From Bispira polyomma (lineage: Eukaryota), in NCBI GenBank assembly GCA_965649765.1, contig OZ287750.1:74710001-74774000 (forward strand): a stretch of DNA of 64,000 nucleotides. The letters are read 5' to 3'. Shown one piece after another: positions 49,901-60,519 of the stretch. The notes under the pieces are model-generated. The model did not search any database and was not told where the DNA came from. It saw nothing but the letters and a program-made list of their open reading frames with translations. Position numbers and translations under genes: made by a program. Every line of letters begins with the position of its first letter. The first letter of the stretch is position 1.

Positions 49901-52900
49901 ACTGTACACAAAGACAGAAAGGAACAGAGTTTTATTTTATATTAATATATTAAATGAAAAGAAGATAGATGAATATAAAGGTCAGTCAATACTGAAAGCA
50001 GAAGAGAACAAAATATAGCCACATTTTCAATTAATTGATTAAAAAAAAAACACAACTAACTTTAGGGGAAACAAGCATATCTCAAGACGCTATGGCACCC
50101 AAAAATCATTCTTTCTTAAAAGCAGACATCCAGTCAACCATAGTCGCTAGTTCTTCGTTAAAAATGAGCGACCCGGTGTCTGTGACATGTGTGTATGTGA
50201 TACCTTATATACATTACACAACACAATACCAAAAACCTGCATGTTGGTTTGGGGTTGTTTTTTATGCATGCCCTTCTCATCTTTTCTTTTTTCTTTCTGG
50301 CCAATCTTTTTTTCAATTGAAATAATTCAAGGGGTTGGACAAAAAGCATAATTTGAAACTACAAAAGGAATCTATTAGTTGGAAGAGTGTGTATCTTTGA
50401 AGCATATTTGAGAAGACAAGAGCCTTCTCCCTGTGACCTTTTTGCTTTCTTTATGCGCATCATGTGTGTGTATTTGTGTGTGCCGAGAGGGAGTTTATAT
50501 TGAGATAACACTTTTAGTGACTGTGTTGGACAAGTTACCAGCAGAAGAAACATAGGAGAGATAGATATGTGTTATGTATACACTGAAGATAGGGTTACTA
50601 TGTGTGATTGTAATTTACTGTTTTAAAGTCAATGGAAAGCCCCTGGATATCTTTGTCATATCCCTTCAACTGAACTACTTCAAGTCATCCATTACCAAGG
50701 GAGAGGGAGGGGTGATACAGTTGTTGTCATAATGGGATGACTGTATATTCAGGTCTACTCGACTTTACTTAGGACTACATGAAAAGACTGGGGTTATTGT
50801 AGAAGTTTGGAATACCGAGATAATATGCCTGGAAGTGCTACCTTAAAATGTCAAATATGTACTGGATAACTCTGAATAATAGTGCATTACTAACTCTGTC
50901 TCTGTGTAGTGGATCCGTGGGTTATAATTTGTATATCTTATGAAGAGAAAAAGGTAAGTAGTATGAAACAGAGTTTAAATTTTTTTGGGGGGGAGGGGGG
51001 GGCGTGGGATGATTCATAAAATGCAGATCGATAGTCTTGCTCAAATTTAATATCGCGAGTTGAAAGAGTGTATCTTCTATCAACCTTCATGTGTTCATTA
51101 ATTTATGTGTGTAGGGGATATCTCAGGTCATGTGTAAAAGAGAGCTTGTATGAACACAAATACATTCCAGAATCTGACACTACACACTGTAGTTACTCTA
51201 AACGCTTACAAAGGGTATCATTAAATCTAATAATTAAAGAAACGAAAAAGACTTCAGAAGTCTTGACAACATTTGGTGCTTAATAATGTTAATTTACTAC
51301 ATGAAGTTTAAGATAACAAATTTTGCTTTGGGTTTAGAATATTATAGCTGCAAAGAGAAAGATTATGACAGAAAATAACAGCCAAACAATCAGTGTCAAC
51401 TAAAGGCGAGCTAAAAGTAACAAGATAAATGTGATTGAAGTCATAAACCAAAACAAACAGACAGCCTGACACATTAGTTATATTCGTAGTTTCTCAAGTA
51501 TTATTAACAGTTTACAATGGTATTGGACTGTTATTCTGTTTACGAATTGTTCACGTTTGCAATAGTACTTAAGCACAAATGAAAAATTCCGTTCAATTAC
51601 ACTTCATTTGTCAGTCAGTTGATTGGTCCCCCTTTTTTTGACAAGAACTAAGAGAGTAGGTGATACCAATTATTGGTACTAGGTATTTATCTCAACCAAG
51701 CGGCTATTATACTACATATGGTAATACACACACCATGCAAGTGACTGTATATCTCTTGACATGTCAAGTATTTTCTTTTCACATGAGTATATTGTAAATA
51801 AGAAGTAAATATTAGGCATAATCTATAAGGTATTACATGATGGATTCAAATGTCTTATAAGCACTGTACTCTAAAATATACATAACTGAAATAATATATA
51901 ATTTCACAATTTACCAAATATTATGAAAATCAAAACCGATGAATATCAGAAACACTTGTCTTTAAAACATACATTACTTAAATATACACAATTGAGTGAA
52001 TTGCCAAAATATTATTGGAATAAAAACCGATGTATATCAGAAAAACTTTGTCTTTAAACATTTGAAAAACAGGACAATACAATGAATTGACATGGAATCA
52101 TCAAGCTTAAAGTTAAACTTGTAATAAATGCTTTATGCTGCACTGCATCCAGATTGATTTCTTGCAGTAAATTACAAGAAACAATTCACACTGGACCACA
52201 ATTTGAATGGGAACATCGTCAAGACAATAGATTTTTGTTTTGTTTATTTACCCCCAAACTTCTCTTAGCTGTATTTTCAGTCATAAAGTCTTGTAAAATT
52301 ATTTTCAAGCGAGAAGTAGAAGTGATACAGTAAATTTCTATTTTACGGCAAATGTTACATGCCCCGATACAGCATTAATCATGATATTTTTGATGAGTTT
52401 GTAATTTGTCAGGTTTATTTTACACTGATAAAGCTTGTTATGTCTAGATTGAATATATGGAGCTTCTGTTGTTGATATGAAATGGAGAAGCACCTCATAC
52501 AGAGGTCACAGATTACTTGTATTAAGAACAGAGATAAGGAACATAAAAGTACCTCCAAATATACCCCAAACTACCATTACATTACGATCAACTAGCAAGA
52601 TAAAGTTAAAACTGTGGTCAATATCAAGGCTTCTGAGGTTTTTTATATACACAGGGTTTCAAATTTGGAGACAGAAATAAAGTAAAATATGTTTTTCCGA
52701 TGGAAGTCAGTGTATGTACCAACAAATTTAAATGTAAATCAAGTTTTTAACTCCAAAGGATACTTCCTTTTGGGTTTTTGCCATGTTAGCATTCTGAGGG
52801 ACTGAGGATATTTCGGGCACCAGAACACCATCACTGACTTTTAAATAACTAGTCTGCCTATGTATTAGTGTTATCTGCTCTTTTGATATCCCGTCCCAAA

Positions 52901-55378
52901 ATGAAATTTGTACTTCAGAATGGAAAATCCAATGTACAGAATAGTTTATAGTCTTTAAATGGCGGTGACAGATAGAGTCACCTTTACAAGAACAGATATA
53001 AAAAGAGTGATACACAAATAAATTTTATTTGTTTATGTCTCAACCAGATGTTTTGCCTGCTGAAGGTTGATTACTTAGAATTTCCCACGGCCTTGAAAGT
53101 GAAAAAAGTTTTATTTAAGAATCAATTTGAATTTGTCTCTGATACACAAATATAGTTGTAGCATAAAGGTTAGTACGTCATTTTTCCATCTCTGTCATGT
53201 CAAAGCAGAAGACACTGTATCTACTATAGAATTATATATTTGTGGTTTCCAAGTTTTGAGGGAAAAAGTGTGTTCTGACCCCTACCAAAAGCAGTCAGAC
53301 TATACATGTGTATAATTACACGTATGATTATTATCCATTTGAATTGGGTTTGGGTTTTTTCAAACAAAAAATATTAAGGTTTTCTACACCAACTCAAAAG
53401 ATTTACGAGGCTTCACTGGACGCACACGCTATTTACCAACTTGACGTAGTAATGAGTACTAGCAACTGCTTGGAGTGGCAGATCAGCTGCATACGGGGAA
53501 TTAATGCTCATTAATTTGATAAACAACCAATAAGTCAAGATATATTACAAGACAACTGGTGACAACGCGGAAAGACATTGGCTTGCTTTAATCCCAAGGA
53601 AAATGGTAGGAAGGAGCGAAAGTATTACCATAAAGGCTCTCATACCCACCCAGGGCTATTATTTAACAATGACTGTTTTAACTGTATTGGCAAAATAGTG
53701 AGTGGACGATTCAACGAATGTCTGAGCGTCTATTGACCCATAGACGTCAATTGGTAAAGATAATCAGAAAATCGATCATTACTCACCAAAAACACAGCAA
53801 AGTTTTTAACTTAAACAAATAGATATTTTCATGTTTTCATGTGATTTAAGATCGTTTTTAAGTCAAATAAAGCAATTTTGTCACTTTTGTATTTGTTTTC
53901 GTTTACCACAGAGGTCATATAGTTTAGCAGTTGATACTAAATGTTGAACGTTAGAATTTAACCAAATTTCTTAACGGATCATAATATATTCGACCAGGGA
54001 TGGCATGGGATATCCTTATACTTTAAACAATATAATTATTTATGTGAACAATTGATTACGGGTCGATCATCGGTCGGACAATTAAGCAATTAATCAACCT
54101 GCAAGATACAGACCAATTCCACTCACTAATTGGCAATGTACCAAGCATCTGTCCTATATATTATCCTAGCAATTAATCAAAAAAAAAAAAAAAATTAGAT
54201 TTATACCGATTTGATGCATGCATATCCCCGTACGTACTAAGGAAATTTGGTTGAATGTTTGCACACAGAAATATGCTGAAAAAGGCTTGCATTTCCTATA
54301 CTGGGAGTTTAAGGTCACATTAATATAGAATTACTCCCTAGGCTCCAACCCAGCTCCCTGCTAAATTTCAAGGGAATCTCAAATTTCAAAACCATGGATT
54401 TTTTTTAGTTTTCACACTGTGCGTCAATCTTGGTGGCAGCAAATGAACTGAAACCAGTATATATACAGGACTTTTATCTTGGGTTCCAAATATTTAGAAA
54501 CAGTAAATACTACATTAATAACCTTACACAGTCTTTGTTTTGCCAATAAGCACAGACTGGACTTTTAAAACGCCAACATTTAAGTGCTATGTGTGGTACA
54601 AATAAAACAGTTAGTAGGTAATCAAACTGACAACACAAATTTGCAGCACTACTGCTAAGAGGATGAAGCAGAGTTATTTGAGGTATAAGTGGGTAATAAA
54701 GTAGCATTAGAACATACCTGGTCTCATGTCCATTGGCATCTGTCCACCTGGCCCCTAAAACATAGACATAGACAAAATGTCAGCATTACATTACACTGTA
54801 AAACTGTCCTAGAACAGTACATTTAAATAGGCACAATGTGCACACTATAATAATTACACAGTAAATGTATTAGTTATAATAGTTATAATGTCTTACACCT
54901 GGATTTCTTTATATGATAGTAATAATGAATCTCTTTACTTGCCTAAATGTTATCACAAATTGCAACAAATATTGCATTATATTTCCAGTGGATTTTGAGA
55001 GCAAATCATAACAAATTCTTGTTGGAGGGATTAGTTTTATATAATTTAAGTAATTATGGTTAACTAAACAAATCCATATCATTTCTTAAGAAATCAACAT
55101 CTATGGCTGCTTCCACTGAGAAAAGCTGACGTTCGTAGAATCATTCGCTCACTAGTTACATATCCATCAAGATCCCCAGATCTCTTTTTGACTAGAAAAT
55201 CAAATCCTATAGGACTACATAATCACATCATACTACAAATTAAAGTCTGGAAATAGAGTAAAAAAAAAATTAAAATCAGCCCCAAAATTGAGCAATTTGA
55301 ACTCACGTTAAACACTTCTTGATTGGGCATCCGCACAGGCCCACGCGGACCACCAGGAAACCTTGGCGACATGAAGGG
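19834..55378 (-). CDS. SSBP3: Ssdp / SSBP2-3-4 family single-stranded DNA-binding protein (LDB1/Chip cofactor), 5'-partial, 11 coding exons in window
   Basis: Manual splicing gives 909 nt in one frame: PFMSPRFPGGPRGPVRMPNQEVFN GPGGQMPMDMRPG HPGMPMTRMNHQRMPGPMGPEFN NFGMRGPPPSSMGPGGPMPPMSM PGPGGPQVNRPWPPTSTPVSM MNSYSSPSPGNFN GPHMAGPGAPGTPIMPSPQD STNSGENMYSMMKPNMGPGGMPG FGPDMNQGTGMPGPMGPDGINPAMMNGNG DTLG...GPGTPRDD...HTPG PNDQNESAEILKIKQSMQEEAKLFEKDTPSDPSHPDYFSMQQ*. The motifs PFMSPR, RPWP, YSSxSPG, PGTPIMPSPxDSTNS and PGTPRDD occur in the order known for SSBP2/3/4. The symbol denotes the family; the invertebrate gene is likely a co-ortholog of SSBP2/3/4. Confidence 0.95.
20470..20800. repeat. 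Degenerate tandem repeat of the exon J/intron junction (4 donor-site copies)
   Basis: ACTYACCCYAGGCRYG at 20511, 20568, 20667 and 20771. Confidence 0.85.
20777..20991 (-). CDS. SSBP3: Ssdp exon J (215 nt, phase 1-0), containing GPGTPRDD
   Basis: CCTTCCAG acceptor and GGG|GTGAGT donor; lies inside ORF 20756..21124; conserved PGTPRDD motif. Confidence 0.92.
21250..21461 (-). mobile_element. tRNA-SINE with a family-B-type head
   Basis: GGATCGAACC...AGATCCAAAGTCCGAC...TTAACCGCTAGGCCACAGAGAC shared with 34410-34472. Confidence 0.7.
21746..21830 (-). CDS. SSBP3: Ssdp exon I (85 nt, phase 0-1): FGPDMNQGTGMPGPMGPDGINPAMMNGN(G)
   Basis: CTTTCAG acceptor and ACG|GTGAGT donor; MNG motif as in vertebrate HHMNGSLG. 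Confidence 0.92.
22495..22862. repeat. ~186 bp tandem duplication including the exon H donor site
   Basis: AAACTAAAGCATTT.TTAGGCTA.CGTAAATA...AACATCCYACTGACCCCTG occurs twice. Confidence 0.9.
22857..22927 (-). CDS. SSBP3: Ssdp exon H (71 nt, phase 1-0): (D)STNSGENMYSMMKPNMGPGGMPG
   Basis: TTTCAG acceptor and GGG|GTCAGT donor; conserved DSTNSxxNMY motif. Confidence 0.93.
23497..23640 (+). mobile_element. SINE family C, degenerate; inverted copy at 47545-47760
   Basis: CATCCTTRGGCAAGATGTGAACA...TAGGACACATGATTGGTTRATTGATT shared between the two copies. Confidence 0.7.
23885..24605. repeat. ~50-55 bp minisatellite (TTTTGACCAGGGCGATTTTGTCCAAGTTATAGGTTGGAGAC-An), about 13-14 units
   Basis: Directly visible tandem units with a variable poly-A linker. 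Confidence 0.95.
24606..24715. mobile_element. 110 bp palindromic element with TAG...CTA ends (Academ-like termini)
   Basis: TAGACCGAGTTTTCTGTC...TTTACTGAT // ATCAGTAAA...GACAGAGAACTCGGTCTA. Confidence 0.7.
26285..26342 (-). CDS. SSBP3: Ssdp exon G (58 nt, phase 0-1): GPHMAGPGAPGTPIMPSPQ(D)
   Basis: TTCCAG acceptor and AAG|GTGAGT donor; conserved PGTPIMPSP motif. Confidence 0.95.
26490..26705 (-). mobile_element. Older related tRNA-SINE (similar copies at ~15760-15940 and ~39600-39800)
   Basis: Shared TGTAAACCACYGACC...TTTCCCACATGAA...GGTGAGAGG..AGTGAYTGTGAAGC...CTAACCACTAGG. Confidence 0.75.
26781..27017 (-). mobile_element. SINE family A, near full length
   Basis: Reverse-complement homology to 3136-3384. 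Confidence 0.88.
27523..27561 (-). CDS. SSBP3: Ssdp exon F (39 nt, phase 0-0): MNSYSSPSPGNFN
   Basis: TTTACAG acceptor and GTTAGT donor; conserved YSSxSPG motif. Confidence 0.88.
27880..28091 (-). mobile_element. SINE family A, 5'-truncated
   Basis: Homology to 3136-3384; exact 12 bp TSD AGTTAATTGGAG at 27868-27879 and 28092-28103. Confidence 0.9.
28861..28924 (-). CDS. SSBP3: Ssdp exon E (64 nt, phase 2-0): PGPGGPQVNRPWPPTSTPVSM
   Basis: TTTCAG acceptor and ATG|GTTAGT donor; conserved RPWP motif. Confidence 0.88.
30091..30158 (-). CDS. SSBP3: Ssdp exon D (68 nt, phase 0-2): NFGMRGPPPSSMGPGGPMPPMS(M)
   Basis: CCAG acceptor and GTAAGT donor; resembles NYGxGMRPPPNSLGP. Confidence 0.92.
30475..30545 (-). 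CDS. SSBP3: Ssdp exon C (71 nt, phase 1-0): (G)HPGMPMTRMNHQRMPGPMGPEFN
   Basis: TTTTCAG acceptor and GTGAGT donor; resembles vertebrate GHPNM...RMNPPRGMGPMGP. Confidence 0.92.
31922..32088. repeat. ~52 bp tandem repeat, 3 units
   Basis: AGACAGCAGAWAAYGGACACCTGGCAACGGATTGAAGTGTTTC. Confidence 0.85.
33095..33346. repeat. Long imperfect inverted repeat (fold-back element)
   Basis: Nested complementary blocks CACCTATCATTGTTCACC/GGTGAACAATGACAGGTG, GAAGGTAACC/GGTTACCTTC, CACACATATA/TATATGTGTG and ATTACCGTC/GACGGTAAT. Confidence 0.8.
34130..34472 (-). mobile_element. tRNA-derived SINE family B (CORE-like central domain)
   Basis: Minus strand reads GTCTCTGTGGCCTAGCGGTTAA...GTTCGATCC...CCTTGGACAAGGTACTTCAC...CTCTCCACCCAGGTG; related head at 21385-21461. 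Confidence 0.8.
36024..36823. repeat. 28 bp minisatellite GATACCTGACAACTAGCAATCTGGTCAA, about 29 units, with 24 bp variants
   Basis: Directly visible tandem array without unique spacers. Confidence 0.97.
37601..37927. mobile_element. MITE family 3 (termini related to family 2)
   Basis: Perfect 23 bp TIR GTGTACGTCTCCACAAGTACCAT, flanked by TTA and TAA. Confidence 0.9.
41520..41682. repeat. ~61 bp tandem repeat, about 2.6 units
   Basis: CACACTGAATGCAGATATGGTGYGTG x3. Confidence 0.9.
43360..43626. mobile_element. MITE family 1 copy
   Basis: TTAGCCTAAGTTTCTCATG...CATGAGAATGTAGGCGTA; internal homology to 838-1168. Confidence 0.7.
46244..46415. mobile_element. MITE family 4 copy
   Basis: TACCCTAAGCTCCCTCT...AAAGCCCATGGGCTATTCAGAGAGAGTTTAGTGTA. 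Confidence 0.75.
46955..47262. mobile_element. MITE family 2 copy
   Basis: TTA|GTGTATGTACACATGTATGCGGCTT...AAGCCGCTTACATGTGTACATACAC|TAA. Confidence 0.93.
47545..47760 (-). mobile_element. SINE family C copy
   Basis: Reverse complement of the 23497-23640 core and tail. Confidence 0.7.
48936..49035. repeat. 32 bp tandem repeat, 3 units
   Basis: AATTTAGTCAAGTTGAAAGT.AAG.TAGTGAG. Confidence 0.8.
54718..54754 (-). CDS. SSBP3: Ssdp exon B (37 nt, phase 0-1): GPGGQMPMDMRP(G)
   Basis: TTTTAG acceptor and CAG|GTATGT donor; phase matches exons A and C. Confidence 0.85.
55307..55378 (-). CDS. SSBP3: Ssdp exon A (72 nt, phase 0-0): PFMSPRFPGGPRGPVRMPNQEVFN
   Basis: TTTGCAG acceptor and GTGAGT donor; conserved PFMSPR motif. 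Confidence 0.93.
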
Positions 55379-57249
55379 CTGCAAATACAGAGCACAAAAC
55401 ATAGACATATACACATCTTATTTTTTACCTACATGTTGGTATGTGGACAACAGAGCTTTTATTGTGACTTTGTTTCCACGACGTCATCTGGATAAATAAC
55501 ACCCAAGAAACTGTTACTATAAAAAGCCTAATAATTGTAATCTAGTGAGCCAGCATTTTCTTCTGTTCACCTAGTGCATTCAAAACAAAACCTGTAACTG
55601 TTGTAGATGGACATTTTCATATAAATGGACAAATTGACAGTGTACATTATTTTTTACATATTCTCATTATTACACAATATTTTATGATGTAACATACCAT
55701 TATATTAATATCTTTAAGTAATGTAGTTATTGTATTTCATATGAATTCCTGTAATTGGGTATTAGTAGTAATTAGACACTTGTATCTTTACATTTCTCTC
55801 TATATTATAATAATCAATATGATACAATGTCATTTTATATTCAGGTTATTATTGATGAAGTATATACTAGGTTCTTACTTTTAACTTGTATACATAGAAT
55901 GTAATGACTAATCTTTATCTTATGGGAATTAGTCCCTTCAGTGTTTTGTAACATGTTTTTAGTGGTGTGACTAGATCACACATACATATTGTATTAAGGG
56001 TTTTTAGTTTACACTGTAGGTTTAGTCTTTAGTCAGCCCTAAGATCTTACAAAACAAATGAGATGCAAGTGAAATCAAATACCTTAGTTCCATATAACAA
56101 CACTTGTGTTTATAATCCCTTGACACACTGACCTCTAGGTAAACAATTATTCTCTCCTAAATCAAGATCAATGGTCAATTGTGTTTCCTTAATCTATAAC
56201 TGTGAAATTGTGTATTTGTGTATGTGATGAAAGTGCCAGCAAATTGAAAGTATAGATCTCACTTGCTTGTAGGATTAAATGTCAATGTTTATAAAAGGTA
56301 CATTACTGAGACTTGTCAAAGAATGGCAACAAATAGGAAATTTACCTTTATTCTATTTTATCAGTATTCCTTCAGGATTTCCTTGTTTTCACAGATGTCA
56401 CTGTAACTTAATGAATGTCTAGTTAAATATATTTACAGATCACTTGGGATAAGTTCTGGTTTCTCATTGGCAGACTCACTGTAAACAAGAGTCTATGTAA
56501 TTTCATTGGTGGACAGTAATAGGACTTACTATGATGGTATAGTTAAACTAAAGTTATATTGTGTATAAAAAGGCCAGACATGTGGCTTGAACTTCAGTCT
56601 GAAATCTATAGTTTTACATACAGTTTTAGATCAGTGAAAAGATCAGTCCACAGTTAATATACAGTTCTAGTTCAGTGGAATGTTCAGTCTATAATACAGT
56701 TTCAAATGAATCTTTAGTTATTTGATAGTCAGCCTAAAAACAGTCTTACAAAGGAAATGCTACAGTCAAGAATAGTTAGTTCAGAGTAAACAGTTTGTGA
56801 GTTAAACAGTGATGAGTTTTTGTAATGTGTTATCAGCTATGGTAAATGTTTAGTGAATGTGCAAAACTGTTAGTACTTCAATAAAACAATGGACTTAGAA
56901 AACTTATAGTTTCTCAGTGAATACCTCTCACAGCAGCGAACACCCCAACAAACCCAAACACAACATAACAATCAAACAGCTTGCAACAGTAATAATTTCA
57001 TTGAGACTGAAGCTTGGTTATATTATCTGAAATAAACATGGTAATTTATTTAAACTAAATTTTTTATTTTGCAAAAATTTAATTTGCAAAACTGGGGAAT
57101 GGCAACTACAGTGCATATGTAACTGAGGGAGTGTTAGTACAGTGACATCTTTTCACTTCCAAATAACAATGGGTCCTCAAAATTACTTTTCTGTCTCCTG
57201 AGTAGTATCAGTAGTTGAACAGGTGCAGAAGGTTGTGTTTAATTCACTG

Positions 57250-58720
57250 TGATCCTCTTAGACACTGTGTCTACTTAAAGAAATAAAATGGGGACCAGAA
57301 AAACAATTCTCCTTGCTCCTCATCACACAATTCTTAGATTACTGTAAGTATAAATAGTACTTCTATTTTTTTTCAATTATTTACAATCAAAACACTCTCC
57401 AGTAACATGCTCTATTAAAGGTTGACTTTTCAAATCATTGACAGTAACAGAAAACTGTCCAAAGTAGTTTCATACAGCGAGGTTTTGAAAGGCCTTAGTC
57501 CATAAATATACCAAGTCTTTAACTGCCAAATACATAATTCAAATAGTTCCTCACATAATATTGAGATCTTAGAAAGGCTATAATAGAGATGCTTCCTGAA
57601 AGATTTCTTAACTAGTAGTCCATCTTGCAATAACTCTTTTAGTTAATATCAAATATTCCAGTACATTGACTGGAAGCCTATCAAACGGCGACGTGGGGCT
57701 TCTGAAGTCAACCATTTCCTTGTAATCGGTATCTGTGAAACATAAAACGTTTGGGCATGTCAACAGTAATAGCTCGACCAACTGCCACAATTTACTGCCA
57801 ATATGCAACACCTAATACTTATAACAGGGACTGATACTGTTGACATCACGGTCAGGGAAACACTTGTCATACGTAGCTATTGAAAACTTCCCAAATATAC
57901 CATATTTAGATCAGCCATGGAGGTTATGGTTTTACCAGTGTCTGTTGTTTACTTGCTCGGTTTGTTACAAGAATTACTACAAGAAAACTACAAAATAATC
58001 CATCAAATTCTGGGTGTAGATGGGTAGAAGGGGGTGCTACTTTCAATTTAAATGTAACTAGATTTTAGGCGTACATAAAACCAAATCCTATGAATCCTGG
58101 ACATTCAACTTGTACATAAAAATGCCTGAATACGATGAACATGTTCAACTTTAAAAGCTTTGAAAAAGGCCAGTCTGCAATATAAATTGATAAGGTTTCT
58201 TCTGATAACCCCTCTTTGAAAAAAAAAAAAAATATTGATATAAAAAACTTCACTCTTAAGATTTTCTCAAGACTCTTGAGTTTTCCACCATCTTATTAAC
58301 TGTGACTCAATTAATAACCTTTCACTTTTAAAAGCAGTGCAAGCCAAAAAGCGGGTTTGAGATGAATTTAAACCACCACTGCCAATATATAGCCTGCTTG
58401 AAGTCTCTAGAGGTAACACAGCTGCATCTACCAAATCCAATGTTATGGCCACAATCTCCTTTGGATAGATTCATATTGCACTACAAATTGACTGGTTAAA
58501 ACAGGAATGAGTAAAAAGTGTCACTTTGGATGATGGCTTGCAGGAGTTAGTTACTATGCCAACTACTTCAGTTCCTTGGGGCAAGTTATCTAGTTTTTTT
58601 GTTTTCATTCCTTGGTCTTCCCTCTTCTCTACTTTCTATTTATCACACTCTGTTTATAAATATGAGCAGCATAATTTAATGGATACCCAACCAGCAAGTG
58701 TAAATTTGCTGTAGAATTAA
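57250..58720 (-). mobile_element. Very decayed CR1-like LINE 5' region (PHD-like ORF1 and start of the AP endonuclease)
   Basis: Minus-strand fragments PNVLCFTDT (compare PDIICLTET of APE domains) and CSCVT...QAIYWQWWF (compare AIxCxxCxxWFH); many disruptions. Confidence 0.35.
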
Positions 58721-60519
58721 TTGATGGCAATGCCTTTGTGTTCAGTTTGAGATAGTTTAATTACAAGCACCATTTTACTTGCTGAACTTCAAAGGGAAAT
58801 AATTATCTAATGTTCTTTAAGTATATTCAGCGACAAAATGTCAAAATAATTACAAATGAAATGGAATCAAATCAAGTAATTACATGCATTTGATTAGTAC
58901 AGCGGCAAATATGTTCTCAAATTCTCAGCATTTACTACATTCACAAGTTACTCTTTTAAACAAGTCATACATTTCTAAGGGACTTCCATTAGTGTACATT
59001 AAGCATTACATCACTTATTCATCATGGAATATCTTTTAAAACGAAGGTTGCAATTTAAATATTAATAGTGTCAGCTGTCGCATGTATTAAAAAGAAGTTT
59101 ACAGTCCCTGTTTGTATAAAAACTAACCAGGACTGTTTTGGCAAACAATTTACTGGAACACTTCATTATTTATGAGATCTTTTGTTTGCAAAACAACAGT
59201 TAAACAGTCCTGCTTCAACAACAAGACAGCATAGTTGGGTAATTTCTGTAAATAACCTAAAACAAAACAGGCTTTTACAACTTCCACAAAGGCAGACCAA
59301 ATTAAGTGGACGGTTTTTATTATATTTGGTGCATTGAAACTGGTCTTCAGGGAAGTTTTAACACAACAAACTTCCAAGCAAAACAAATTTATACCAGTGG
59401 TGATATATTAGTGCAGGTTTAATTGAATTCCATTTGCCAAGAGCTAGGTATTACATTCTAGTGTTGTCTCCCCTCCCAATGACATGGAAGTGATAGCATG
59501 GTTGATTTATACCTCTGTCAGCCTGTGTCAGGTGGTTTTTATTATATTCCTAACCCTTGTCGTTTCATGCATTATGTATATGCCCATATATATATGCGGG
59601 AGGGAGGGGGGGGGGAAACTTTTATCACTCCGATACGACTGCTAAGGTGCAAAAAAACCAAGGAAAATCCATCCAAATGGATCATAGTTTAAAAAAGAAA
59701 TTAATGACAAACTCGGAGGGCAAAGTAACCAGAGAATAATCAAATTTACACACCTATGCTTATGTACACAGTGACATTTCACAGGACTGACTTACACATG
59801 GAAGTGGTGTGGATATAAAAGGTAATGGAAAAATAGTGTCCAATTAATTCTTAACCCGGGAGATAATGGCTATCAGAGAAAATTACTGAGACAGATAAAG
59901 CCCAATTTACTTGCCGGGGTATTTAGACTGTGAAGTGTAACAGAAAACCAAATCCAATAACAATTTTAAATTTATATATTAAAGCCAATTTCGGGAGGTT
60001 GAGAAGTTTTCTGAGCCACTACCACAATACACAAGTGTACCCATTTGCTCTATAAACAGTGTTTTTTTTCCCATTGGCCATTTATATCCAAGCAGACTAC
60101 CCCTTCTGCTTCAGTGGGCATTTCCTTTGGGAAAATACCGCAAGGAACACTGAAGAAAAGAAAGATAGTTGTACATACACATGTATGTTTCTTTTTTATT
60201 CCCATTATTAGTGGAGACACTTGTTTTCAATTTCTTGATACATGGATATGGTATATTTTGTGCAATTTTATGTATTTTTGGGGGATAAATTACAGTCTGT
60301 GAATATTAGTATCATAATAAAGACAGCGAGGGGAGAAAAAAAAGGATAGTTCTTTCCCCTCGCACAAATCTTTTTTTTTGTCAGGATATTACAATACACA
60401 TTTTTTTGTGTCCTATAAAAAGCATTCGTAAAGAGGATTGCGATAAGAAAGAGTGCATTTTTAGAGTTTACGTCTTATTAAGGTAATAAAGTAATTTGTG
60501 TCAATACCATAAATCTTCA

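Noticed and set aside
55968-55990. miR-279/996-like TGACTAGATCACACATACAT
   Set aside because: The seed matches, but there is no convincing complementary arm to form a pre-miRNA hairpin.
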